In this document: in pieces, positions 48,413 to 60,339 of the stretch
Layout: the number at the start of each line of letters is the position of its first letter
Position numbering within the stretch: position 1 is the first letter of the stretch
DNA from: the human T2T-CHM13v2.0 reference genome, Homo sapiens
Length of the DNA stretch: 64,000 nt
Strand: one strand, 5' to 3'
Assembly: GCF_009914755.1 (NCBI RefSeq)
Contig: NC_060925.1
Position numbers and translations under genes: made by a program
Notes under the pieces: model-generated
Databases searched by the model: none
What the model saw: the letters and a program-made list of their open reading frames with translations, nothing else
What the model was told of the DNA's origin: nothing

Positions 48413-48774
48413 CTATACTTGTGGATTAAGGTGGGGAGATACAAGGAGAGGATGTGAAGGAGGCTTTGAACTGGGGGAAAAGGTGGCAATGAGATGTGGC
48501 TGTAGCCTAGGAATAGTCAGGGAAGCAGAAAATTTGGTTAAAATGTCTTGGTCTAATAAGGGAACTGGGCAGGTGGGGATAACTAAAAAAGAGGGCATAA
48601 AAGAATGTTGTCCAAATTGGCACCAGAGTTGGGGAGTTTTAAGGGGTTTTGAAACTTGGCCATCAATACCCCCACACCAGTTATGGGGGCAAGGGAAACA
48701 GGCCCTTGAAAAGAAGGTAATGTGGAGTAGGTAGTCCCCGTATTGATTAAACAGGGGATGGACTTACCCTCCAC
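48413..48774 (-). pseudogene. pro: HERV-H protease relic
   Basis: CLINTGTTYSTLP (DTG changed to NTG) and SFLVIPTCPVPLLDQDILTK in different frames. Confidence 0.88.
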
Positions 48775-48884
48775 TGTAAGAGTTACCCAAAGCTTGGTGT
48801 CTGTGATGGTCCAGGAGGCTTCTCAGGTGATCGGACAGTGTCAGTCTTCAGCCGCTAAGCTGAGAAGATCTGGGAAGGAGTCAG

Positions 48885-49941
48885 TCAGAGAGCCTTGGGC
48901 CAGAGTTCTAGGGGCTCTGGGAGTGGCTGCCAGGTGAGTTGAACAGCCTGGTTTTCAGTGGGGTCCTGCACAGATGGGACATGGCTTAGGAGGAATCCTG
49001 GGCTGTGGGCATTCCTTGGCCCAGTGGCCAGATTTCCAGCATTGATACCAAGCTCCTGGGGAGGAGGTCCTGGAGGAATGCCTGGCCACTGCGATTTAGG
49101 CATTTGGAAATTCTTGTGTGATGGAGATGTGGCTGGGGTTTCTCTCACAGTGGAGGCAAGGAATTGCAACTCAGAAATATGTTGCTACTTGGCTGCCTCT
49201 ACTCTATTATTGTACACCTTGAAGGAGAGGTTAAGTCCTGTTGTGGGGTTTGAGGGCCGGAATTTAATTTTTGGGGTTTTATTTAATGTCAGCAGCTGAC
49301 TTGGTGATAAAATGCATATTTAGAATGAAACAGCCTTCTAACACTTCAGGGTCTAGGGCTGTAAAGAGTCTAAGGGTTGCTGCCAAACGGGCCATGAACT
49401 GGGCTGGATTTTTCATATTTGATGAAAAAGAGTCTAAACGCTAACTGATTTGGGAGAGGTTGGATAAAGAAAAAGGAACATTAACCTTGAGTATGCCTTT
49501 AGCTCCAGCCACCTCTTTAAGAGGAAATTGTTGGGCAGGTGGGGGAGGGCTAGTCACAGAACTAAACTGTAAGCCAGATCAGGTGTGAGAAGGGGAGGTG
49601 ATAACAGGATTATACGGTGGGGGAGCAGACGCTGAGGAAAAATTGGGACCTGGCTCAGCCTGGTGAGGAGCAGCCTGGGGAGGAGGGGAGAGGTCAGATG
49701 GGTCCATAGAAAAAGAAGATTCAAAAGACTGAGGGACACTTGGGGTTGGGACTGAAGGGACAGGTGGGAGGAAAAGAAGCAAGATTTGGGATGAGTTGCA
49801 TTGGGAACAGAGACTAGGGAGGGACTGATGTGTAAAAGAATGCCTGGATGTCAGGAACCTCAGACCGTTTGCCCATTTTATGACAAGATTTATTTTAGGT
49901 CTTGTAGAATGAGGAAATCGAAAGTGCTGTTTTCTGGCCAT
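48885..49941 (-). pseudogene. gag: HERV-H gag relic
   Basis: Pro-rich SAPPPYNP late-domain region; zinc-knuckle remnant reads WYQCWKSGHWAKEC at about 49010-49050; multiple frameshifts. Confidence 0.85.
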
Positions 49942-50733
49942 TTAGAGCCATAACTGAGTTTGTATTGGCATTAAGCAGCATTGCAGAAGAAAATAAGGCA
50001 TTTATGTTTTAGGTCAGGTGTGAGTTGAAGACATTTTAAGTTCTTGAGAACACAGGCTAAGGGAGAAGAAGGAGGAATGGAGGGTGGAAAGTTGCCTACA
50101 GTGAAGGAGGCACGTCCAGAGAAAAGAGAGGGTAGAGACATGGAGAGAAGGGGTGGGGGGTGCTTGCCCCTCAGGAAAGTGAAGAGGTGGGGACACGGAG
50201 AGAAGAGGTGGGGGATGCTTGCCCCCCAGGAAAGTGGAGAAGGGGTGAGTAGAGACATGGAGAGAAGGGGTAGGGGGTGCTTTCCCCCCAGGAAAGTGGA
50301 GAAGGGGTGGGAGGTGTTTGCCCCCCAGGAAAGTGGAAAAGGAGTGGGAGGAGACATGGAGAGAAGGGGTGGGTGAGCAGCCCTGGGCTGCAATGTGGGT
50401 GAGCAGCCAAAGCAGGCATCCTCACAATTGACTTCCCACAAAGGGAATGTGGGTCAATGACCAAGGTAGGTGATCAGACAACAATGAAATGTGGATGAAT
50501 AATCAGTCAGGCATCCCCGCGTGATTAAACACCAAGGGAAGACTGTCTTCCTGAGTCCATGACTGGCGCCGGAGTTTTGGGTCCACAGATAAAACGCGTC
50601 TCCTTTGTCTCTACCAGAAAAGGAAAGGGACTGAAATTAAGAGAAGGTAGAGATTGAAGTGTGGTGCCAAGATTGAATGGAGAAGAGGTTGAGGGATACT
50701 GAGAGAGGTTGGAGAAGAGAGTAAAAAGAGTCC

Positions 50734-50742
50734 ACTTACCCG
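50734..50742 (-). promoter_or_regulatory. HERV-H major splice donor
   Basis: Minus strand AATCGG|GTAAGT, about 145 nt downstream of the 5' LTR, the known HERV-H donor position. Confidence 0.8.
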
Positions 50743-50865
50743 ATTTAAAATTGGTGAGATGTTCCTTGTGCTGGTTAGTCTGAGGATCAGAGGTCATAGG
50801 TGGATCTTTCTCATGGAGCAAAGAGCAGGGGGACAGGGGATTGATCTCCCAAGGGAGGTCCCCTG

Positions 50866-50883
50866 ATCCAAGTCACGGCACCA
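50866..50883 (-). other. Primer-binding site, tRNA-His
   Basis: Minus strand TGGTGCCGTGACTTGGAT, one C>T from TGGTGCCGTGACTCGGAT. Confidence 0.95.
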
Positions 50884-50885
50884 AA

Positions 50886-51283
50886 TTTCACTCGCGTCCG
50901 TATGAGGAGACCACCAAATAGGATTTGTGTGAGCAATAAAGCTTTTTAATCACCTGGGTGCAGGCAGGCTGAGTCCGAAAAAAGAGTCAGCAAAGGGAGA
51001 TAGGGGTGGGGCCGTTTTATAGGATTTGGGTAGGTAAAGGAAAATTAGTCAAAGGGGGTTGTTCTTTGGCAGGCAGGGGCGGGAGTCACAAGGTGCTCGG
51101 TGGGGGAGCTTTTGAGCCAGGATGAGCCAGGAGAAGGAATTTCACAAGGTAATTTCATCAGTTAAGGCAGGAACAGGCCATTTTCACTTCTTTTGTGATT
51201 CTTCAGTTACTTCAGGCCATCTGGATGTATACGTGCAGGTCACAGGGGATATAATGGCTTAGCTTAGGCTCATAGGCCTAACA
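50886..51283 (-). promoter_or_regulatory. HERV-H 5' LTR (LTR7 family) with TATA box and GC/GT box
   Basis: Minus strand CCTATAAAACGGCCCCACCCC (51003-51023); colinear with the 3' LTR. Confidence 0.95.
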
Positions 51284-52776
51284 AGGGCCTTTGGCTTATT
51301 CATTCTTGTATGTATAGCAGCTAGAATATGCAATCAGGATATATTTGTTCATTTGTATGAATTCTTCATAGTATTAATACAATAATTCAATGTATTTGGC
51401 CCATGGTGATTGCATAAATAGTCTATAGGCTATCTATAAGAAAATGCTCCTTGCCAACTTTTGAATATTCTCTGGACTCCTTTCTGATCAGTAATTCTGG
51501 TTTCAATCCTGGGTTAGCTATCTTCCTGTTTTCTAGTTTCTGGCTGTTTCCTGGCATCTACACCTATCTGCTTATTAGTCCGTGGTATCTCTATAGCGGA
51601 ATAAAAACTTCCCTGGGGATGTGGCCCCAGACTTCCTACCTAGAGTATTGACTGTTCTCATAAGCAGCCCTTGACAAGAATTGCCAGCCATTATGTATAA
51701 TGTTGAATTGCAAATCCTCTGACTTCTGGTATAGAGAATGTCCAATTAATCTTAGTCATTTTTTCCTGAATAATTAAAAAAAGTCTTTCTAGGGGTGGAT
51801 ATACCTGTGACTCTTTATCTGTTTTGTGCTTATTGCCCATAGCCTGCAGTCACTCTCCTAACCAATCCTTTTATCATTGAGAATAAAATATGGATTTACT
51901 AGGATCTTTAATCCTAAATGGCATGTGTGTTCTTGAATTAGTCTGCTGCCTTCCACTAGTATTCAGGATGATTATTTTTATTACTATTTACTACTTATGT
52001 GACCTTGGGCAGATTACATAATTGTACTTTTCTCATCTACAAAACAGTGATTAATAACACTTGCTTATCAGAATTATTGTAAAGATTAAATTGAAACTGA
52101 TATATATATATATATAGAAATAATATTTATAAAGGTCATGGGTTGTGAAGTCAGAAAGATTGGGGTTTTAATGCAGGCTTTGCCTCTTACTAGCTGTATA
52201 ATTAGCCAATATTCAATTTTGTAAGGATACTACTGGTCATCCTGTGGATATTGTTAATACTGAATTTAAAAACTTGTACATAGTCCCAAGGTAATCACTA
52301 AACTTTAGCTTCACCCCGTTATGTCCATGTTCTGTTGCTATTTTCATCCTATTTTGCTGAGAGGCCTACCCAGACAACTTGCTAAATCCTTGCCATCCCT
52401 CTTCCCAGGTAGTTAGACCTGTTCATGTATCTCCAGCCAACTATTTAGGTCTTCTTAAAATTCAATTGTCCTGGGGTGCCTCATAGCTTAGCAAGAATTT
52501 TCTTTGTCCTTAAATCCTTACTTTTGACTTCTTTCACAACACTGAACTCACAGGTCATTGTTCACTCAGCTCATTCTGAAGTTAGCTGTATTTCTTGAAC
52601 TTTGTGATTTTGAATATTCCCCACCTTTCTCCCTAGCCACAAGGAAAAGTTCTTTCATAATGCTAGTGAAGTCCAGCATACCTATATGAGGCAGAATAAT
52701 GGCCAGATAATCCACAAGAAGTTTTTAATTTTGTCTTAACTTATTGTTCCTTTTTGCATTGCCCCATAATATTTTA

Positions 52777-52893
52777 AAATTATGCCCACATTCATTTGGA
52801 AATAGGTTTGTCTCTAAATTATGCCCACATTCATTTGGAAATAGGTTTGTCTCTAAATTATGCCCACATTCATTTGGAAATAGGTTTGTCTCT
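52777..52893. repeat. Perfect tandem repeat, 3 x 39 bp
   Basis: aaattatgcccacattcatttggaaataggtttgtctct starting at 52777, 52816 and 52855. Confidence 0.98.
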
Positions 52894-55369
52894 GGCATGG
52901 CAAAGAGAACCTATTGGTAAACTTATCACTTTGGGTAAGATAGTTAAGTTAATTATCTGAACAACTGCCTAAATAATTAGAGCTTATTCCTTTGTTTTAA
53001 AAATCGAAGATTGCATTAATTGTATACTTCTTTTTACTAGAGCAGGAAGCTAAAGAACTGGCGCCAGAAAACCACTCCCAGGATGCCTACTTTTCATGCT
53101 GCGTGTTTTCATGTCAATACCTCTTCCTGTGGCTTTAAGATTGGAACTATTTAAAAAATGTCACTGTCAATTACATGCAAACCTTATTGTGGTTAGTCTG
53201 TTGAAAAGGAATTGATGACTATGAAAATGTGATGTTTATCCATAAACATTTTACATAGAAGTCAGAATTCTGAGAATGTATTTATAGCCCTTGAAGATGG
53301 GACAATTAAATCAGAGCTTTTGAGGTTTAGAAGTACAGAAAAAAACTTACTTTTTTTCCTGAAGACATTTTCTCCTTTGTTCTTTTTTTCCTCCCCGTAT
53401 CTATTATATTTGGTTAGTTGGTAAACAGTATTGAGGAAGACATACCTTTAAAAAGTACCCAAAATCTTAAATATAGTTCTCAAAATTGTAGACATAACCT
53501 TCATTTTATTGTATCTGTACATTTAAATCACCAATCATTTAACTCATAATTTGTTCTAATCAATTCTAAAATTAGTTCCCAATTTGATGTTACAGCTTGA
53601 CAAAAATAAACCTTGAAAGTTAATTGCAAAGAATACCTCAAAGTAATATCGAGATTTGCTCAGGTCCTATAATTTTGAGATTATAATCTCATTGGTACTA
53701 TTTACCAATAGCAAAACAAGAGTCTAAATCATGTGTAGACTATCACTACCATACTTCAGTTTGATACATTCAGAAGACAAACTGTATTATAACCTGAAAG
53801 AATCAGAGGTTTATTTTTAGTTATAATTAATCTTAAAGCAACAAAATATTGAAACAACATAAATTAATTTATGTTTCCTTTGTGGAGAGCATTTTAAACA
53901 TTTAAAAAATATTACTGAGCAGTACTTTTAAAATTCTCATGGGAAATATAAATCATATGGTAAACTGGTTTTTTGAGATACTATGATCATTAAAGAATTG
54001 CAAAGATAGTATCTCCTATCTTACAGAAGAGATAATATATGGAGTAAAATGCATACCTGTCTTAATGAATGAGTTGGTAAATTAGCTTCTTATAATTATC
54101 TCCCTAAGTGTCTTTTTCCTTTGACCATTGTTTTTGCAGTACCACTCACTTTCATGAGTAGATTAGGACTTGCTTCCTAAAGACAAGTAGATTAGTTTCC
54201 ACTTATATCATTCCTTTCATCTGAACATCTTTAAAGTCTGTTTAATTATCCCATTTTACAGATAAAGTATCAGGACTCTGAAAGTTTAAATAACTTGTCC
54301 AGGCTGACAGAGATAGTCAGAGACAATCAGCTGAAGAATCATGAATGTCTGGAAATGTGTTGCATTGTCCAAACACAAGATATTGCTATCTTTCTCCATA
54401 AGCTTGAATTTTACATACTGTACTTACTAGGGCAAGATGACCCATTGTGCTTGATAAACTGCAGTGTATATATAATCAGTTTTCATTCACAAAACCTATC
54501 TGGTTGTCAGTGGAATGCTGTTCTGTTTATATCTACCAAAACCACAGCTGTAACATGTGTGAAATAATTAAACTTCAATCAAGCTATACCTCAGAGCACT
54601 CCAGATCCAGTATCATTTAGATGGACACAGAGGTAGAAAATAAAAGTAGTTTTTGGGACTGAAATGTCCCCACTATGCATCCTGGAAATGTTTTGTAATC
54701 TTAAATCAATTAAAGTGGCCTGACAACCTGATTGGCAACTGTGTTTCTCTTTCTTCTCTTAGGAGAATTCTCTATATGCTCGTATTACCTGAATTGTTCT
54801 TTGGTGGCAATTTACCCTGGCCTTTGGTGTGAAGACAAAATTCTTGATCAAATTTATTTTGAAATCTTCAAATATTAATTTTAAAGGGTGAAAATGACAT
54901 GATTACGTGAAAAAATAGTAGTGAAATTGAGGCCACCTATAAATACCTGGTAATGTTTGGTGATACAACTATAAAACATTGAATGATTTCCAGTTGCAGT
55001 GATAATCTCTGAAGTCCTATGCCTCATCCCATTTCTTTGTGTTTTGTATTTCTTGGGAGTAGGGAGAGGTGGTTACAATGTTATGTAATTCTACTGTCTT
55101 TTTTAATTCCTACATACCCTTTGATAACTGTTATGTGATGCTGGGGCTGAGAACTTGCAAACTCTATTTCCCATGATTCTTTGGTTCTTTTAAGAGACAG
55201 CAGATATGAGAAGCACAATGAGGGGAGAAGCCATCCTCTTTTCTACTTCTCTTTTTCTCTCTCTCTTGCATTCTCTCTCATTCTGGTAGTGTTTCTGGAA
55301 GTGGCTCAATTACTTCTATGATCCTAATTTTCGAGACACTGTCTCCTCCTCCCTGGTCGCTTGCTGAAC

Positions 55370-55765
55370 GGGCTCTTGAACGAAGTGCCCATGATGACAG
55401 TAATTCAAGTTATCCATAGGGCCAAAACTGTAGACTTTCCTTCACTATGTTGATGTGGTTATTGTTCTTGTTTAGGGACCAACCTGTCCAAAATCAAACG
55501 CCAGAAATGAATTGCTATATAGCCCTGATCCCAGGGGAATCAGTTTGCCCGGTGCAATTATTTCAGTTAGCCCTCTTTCATCATGGAAATGACTTGAATA
55601 AAAACCTATTCTTGACGTGGACTTGTTTTTGCTGTCCACAATCCTGATGCCATCACCATCATCCATTGATTATTGGAATGCCTTTTTCAAAACTGCTATA
55701 TCCCATGCAATAATGTTTTAGATCAAGGAATTTATTTTACATCAAAGGAATTACAGCAGTATGAC
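55370..55765 (+). mobile_element. ERVL internal (integrase) relic
   Basis: Track ORF 55673 shows LDQGIYFTSKELQQ (cf. ERVL SDQGTHFTAKEVRQ); tgaacgaagtgcccatg resembles the HEQSGH region. Confidence 0.65.
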
Positions 55766-55888
55766 ATGGATAAAAGGAAAATGGACAGGCAAGAAAAAGA
55801 ATTCAAAAGAAGTTATTATATATTCAAAAATTGTTCTATCGAAATAAGGAAAAAATGTCCAAAACTATTACAGTCCTAATTTATGGTA

Positions 55889-56903
55889 CAGTCACACATT
55901 GCTTATAGTCATGGGGACAAGTTCTGAGAAATGTGTCACTGGGCAATTTTGTCATTGCACAAACATCACAGAGTGTACTTACACAAATGTAGATGGTACA
56001 GTGTACTATACACCTAGGCTATATGGTATACTCTGTTGCTCTGGGTGAGTCAGTGAGTGAGTGGTGAGTAGTATAAAGACCTGGGACATTACCGTATAGT
56101 ACTGTAGGCTTTATAAACATTGTACACTCAGTCTACACTCAATTTATTTCATTTTTCTTCAATAAATTAACCTTAGCTTATTGTAACTTCTTTATAAACT
56201 TTTTAATATAAAAAAATTGACTCTTTGTAATAACACAGCTTAAAATATAAACATATTGTACAGCTATATAAAGATATGATCTATCATTATATCCTTATTC
56301 TATAAACTTTTCCTTACTTTTAAACATTTTTATTCTTTAATTTTTTTGACTTTTTAAAATTTTATGTAAAAACTAAGACACAAACACACACATTAGCCTA
56401 GGCCTACACAGGGTCAGAATTATTGATATCAGTCTTCCACCTCCACATCTTGTCCCACTAGAAGGTCTTTAGGGGCAATAACATGCATGAGGCTGCCATC
56501 TCCTGTGGTAACAATGCATTCTTCTGGATGTTTCCAGAAGGACCTGACTGAGGATGTTTTATAGTTAACTTTTTTTAAGTGTATATAAGTAGGACCACAC
56601 ACTAAAGATAAAAAGTATGGTGCAGTAAATACATAGGCCAATAACATAGTTGTTTACTGTAATTATCAAGTATTAGGTACTGTATATAATTATACGTGCT
56701 GGACTTTTGTATGACTGGCAGCACAGTAGGTTAATTTACACTAGCATCATCACAAACATGTGAGTAATTCATTGCACTATCATTTGATTATGGCTACACT
56801 GTCACTAAACAATAGGAATTTTTCAGCTTCATTATCCTTTTACGGAACCACTGTGTGGTCCATCATGAAATGTCCTGAAACGTTATTATGCAGCATATTA
56901 CTG
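55889..56903. mobile_element. Tigger3 (Golem/MER7B-type) DNA-transposon derivative
   Basis: ta|cagtcacacattgc ... tgcagcatattactg termini; gttctgagaaatg, tacacctaggctatatggtata, cacacacattagcctaggcctacacagggtcag. Confidence 0.9.
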
Positions 56904-56909
56904 AAGTTA

Positions 56910-58730
56910 TGATCTTCCTTCTTCTACTCCACATTCCCTTTGACTTTAGCAAGTACCTCTCAGTTGGTCATGGTTGCTCGTCTATTGGGTGACTCAAAAC
57001 TTCAATCTTAAAAGAGTCCGTATACCTATATCATGTTGCTGCAGTTTTCTTTAATTTTTATCATGGGACAGTGGAGTACTTAGAGGTACCCTAGATGATT
57101 TCCTGCATTCAGACTTTCTCCTCTATTCCTTCATTAGGTAGAAGCAATGCAATTTTCTGTTAATAATCAGAATCCATCGCCAGGCCCAGTATACTAACAC
57201 CCTTTTTGCCCTTGGCTTGCTGACATCAGAAGCCTAAAATGGTCAATTTAATAGGCCTATTGTGTTTCCTGGTGGAAGCATATTTCTTTGGGAAACTAAC
57301 ATCTCTAAACCAAACAGAGCTGTCAGTCGCAAGAATGAGAAGGTTAAAATTTACTAATGGATAGTTCAGACTAATAACAAAAAGAGTTACTTCTATTTTT
57401 ACTTTGATTCCCAGCCCAGTGAAACTTAGATATTAGAGAAATAGAAACCTTATGTATAACTTAGAATATATACCACATCCTGGAGGGCATTACTCCAAAT
57501 CTGCAAGGTGTTGTCATGCATTTGGTGCTGTAACTAATACGTCAAGTGGCCAATCCATTATTCTGTCAGGCTAGCTGCTTCAGGGTGATTGGCAACATGG
57601 CAAGACCAGTAAATTCCATGAACATGAGCCCATTTCCACAATTCAATTGCTATAAAAATGAGTTTCCTGTTGAGAAACAATGACAGGTGAAATAGTCAGA
57701 TGGTGAATAAAGCATTCTATAAGTCCACAGTCGTGGTTTTGGCAAAAGCATTAAGGCAGGGAAGGTAAATCTATATTGAGAGTAAATATCTATTCCAGGG
57801 AAACTTACTCAAGCTCTGTTGCGTGTATGATGGAAATGGTGAAATGTAACCAGCCCGCCACTAAGTAAGTCGCATGGGAATTTCTACCAGATAGGTAATG
57901 CTACTATACATGGGGTCTCAGTTTTGGTCTCTGCAATAGGCCAGGTAGACACTTGGCAGTGGACATAGCCAAATTGGCCTTGATAAGTGGAAGCTTGTGC
58001 TTCTGAGATAAATGTGTAGCCTCCGTCCTTGTTACCATGGTACTTTGTTCATAGTCCTATTGGGCAAGAACAAGGGTGAAGGAAGAAGTGTGACTAATAC
58101 TCAAATGGGTTTAGTTGAATATTAAGACTTTCCTCTGCTATGGTGCTTTTTGGTGAGCCTTCACATGGGACATAAATATCTTTATACTCTCTAACCAATC
58201 AGAGAAATCTACGTTTATATTTTCCCCACAGGATTTCTTGCCACCAATTTTTCAGTTGTGTCTCTTTCAAGTTCCTGACCACCCAACCACCATTACTCAT
58301 GAATTGATGCAGATACATACCTCTTGACATCTCTGCTTTCTAGCGTAATTAACAGCCAGGCACACTAACTGAAGTTCTGCTGACTGGCAGATTTTCTTTT
58401 ACCACTCTTCTTCAAATTGATGATGGCATGCTTGCCCAAATTGCTGGTTGGGTGAGACAACACTACATTTATAATGGGGATCTCAGATTATACTGTAATA
58501 TGGTGTGCCATGGCTAAAAGTTGTGCCATGGCTAAAAGTTGAGTATCTATTAGGTCTCAGTAGGAAACCAGAAGCTGTTTCTCAAAGGATAATAAGTGTT
58601 TTCCAGAGCATAATTTTGTGCCAAAATTCTAAATCTGTGAATTGTATAAAGGCATACCACAGTATTGCTGTCTGCCATAGTCACTTAATATACCATCAGA
58701 TCTGCCAGCTAACGTGTGCTATTAAGAGGC
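56910..58730 (-). mobile_element. ERVL internal pol relic (RNase H/integrase/dUTPase-side region)
   Basis: Antisense ERVL phrases aacatggcaagaccagtaaattccatg, ccatggtactttgttcatag, cagaagctgtttctcaaagga. Confidence 0.65.
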
Positions 58731-58736
58731 ATGTAA

Positions 58737-59220
58737 TGCACCCATATGTTCATTGCAGTGCTATTCACAATAGCAAAAACATGGAATCAACCTAGTTGCC
58801 CATCAGCAATGGATTGGACAAAGAAAATGCGCTACATATACACCATAGAATACTATGCCCCCATAAAAAAGAACAAAAGCATGCCCTTTGCAGCAACATG
58901 GATGCAGCTGGATACCATTATCCTAAGCAAACTAACATAGAAAACCAAATACAGAAAACATGTTCTCTCTTACAAGTGGGAGCTAGACATTTGGTACACA
59001 TGGACATAAAGATTGGAACAGGCTACACTGGGGACTACCATAGTAGGAAGAGAGTGAGCCAGACAAGGGCTGAAAAATTACCTCTTGGGTGCTATGTTCA
59101 CTACTTGGGAAATGGGTTCAATCTTACCCCAAACATCAGCATCACACAATGTATCTTTGTAACAAACCTGTATATGTACACCCTGATTCTAAAATAAAAG
59201 TTGAAAAAGAAAAAAAAAAT
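58737..59220 (+). mobile_element. 5'-truncated L1 (L1PA15-17/L1PB-type) 3' end
   Basis: ORF2 C-terminus MFIAVLFTIAKTWNQPSCPS...; aataaa plus A tail; TSD aggcatgtaa at 58727-36 and 59221-30. Confidence 0.93.
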
Positions 59221-59234
59221 AGGCATGTAAAAGC

Positions 59235-59259
59235 AAGCCACATGGAGAGAGACACATAT

Positions 59260-59290
<31 letters not shown>

Positions 59291-59555
59291 CAAAGAGAGA
59301 GAGAGAGATACTGAGAGAGAGAAGGAGGCCAATCTTCCATCCATTCTCACCAAAGCACCAGACCTGTAGTGAAGCCGCCATCTTGGATGTTTTAGCCTCC
59401 ACTTCTGTCTGACTGTAACCTCATGAGTGACGAAAACTCACACCAGGTGGAGCCTAAGAACTGCCCAGAGGAGTGCTGCCTGAATTCCTGACCCACAGAA
59501 TTGTAAGAAAATCAGGATTGCTATTTTAAGCTAATAAGTGTGAAAATTTATTAAG
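59235..59555 (+). mobile_element. MLT1 (F-H-like) LTR fragment containing a degenerate (GA)n
   Basis: gtgaagccgccatcttggatgt, ctgactgtaacctcatgag, tgaattcctgacccacagaa, gctattttaagcta. Confidence 0.75.
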
Positions 59556-60339
59556 TTGCTTTTTGGTGTGTTGGTGGGTCCCATGTAAGAAGCCCTCAAA
59601 CAATTTTTTTACTCATGATATCAAGAAAATCCTGGCTTTTCTATTTAGTCTTACTTTCAGATCATCTCACTCATTGTGAGAATATGTCAGACTGTCAGCT
59701 AGTATTTCTCTCAGAATATATGCTCCTCCTCATATCTAGTTTTGAATAACTTAATAAGGTAGCAAAGTGTAGTCTGTTAGCTAATCATATAAACATTGAC
59801 TGAATTGATAGTAAAAAAATCTCCAAAGTATTATTTGTTATTGGTTTAAATAAAGCAAGTATGGTAATATAAGGATTCAAAATTCAATTCATAACTTCTT
59901 AAGTACATAGAAAAAAAAATCACTCCAATTCCCCTTGCTTTAATACATGTTTTCAGCAGAAAGTTTACAGGGATCTTTATTTCCTCATCTTTACACAAGT
60001 ATAGAATGTTTTCAACCCAGTGAAGTGTCCCAAGTATTCTAAGTATACATTACTTATTTGTATAAAAGTGGCTAAAAGACACTTCAGCTAGGCAGAGTTG
60101 CACAGTCAATAAAACTAATTTTAACAAAAGCATTATTATGAGAACATGGCTTGTTCAGGTGAAAATTAATAAAAAGGGAATTTATTTTCATTCAAGGTAC
60201 GTAAGCTTTACTCATTTTGCTGGACTGCATCCAGATACAGTCTTTATTTATTTGAAAATAAAAAATAATGTTATAAAGGTTTTTGGTATAAAATTATACA
60301 TGCTTATCATTATTAATAAAAATGAATTTTAAAAGAAAT

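Larger units (their letters stand above)
45294..51283 (-). mobile_element. HERV-H provirus (ERV1), 5990 bp, common internally deleted form
   Basis: Two LTR7-family LTRs, PBS-His, PPT, gag/pro/pol relics in order, 5-bp TSD agggc at 45289-93 and 51284-88. Confidence 0.97.

Noticed and set aside
46539-49941. Functional retroviral Gag-Pro-Pol
   Set aside because: Frameshifts and stops, protease DTG changed to NTG, RT YxDD deleted, integrase truncated; no env ORF.
49971-50464. 156-aa and 110-aa ORFs with repeated peptides
   Set aside because: Caused by the stop-poor tandem repeat in the HERV-H leader.
52777-52893. CRISPR-like 39-bp repeats
   Set aside because: No spacers, no cas genes, eukaryotic context.
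55370-58060. Same ERVL integrase region present on both strands, suggesting an inverted duplication
   Set aside because: The two copies are too divergent by eye and lack shared breakpoints; independent insertions are more likely.
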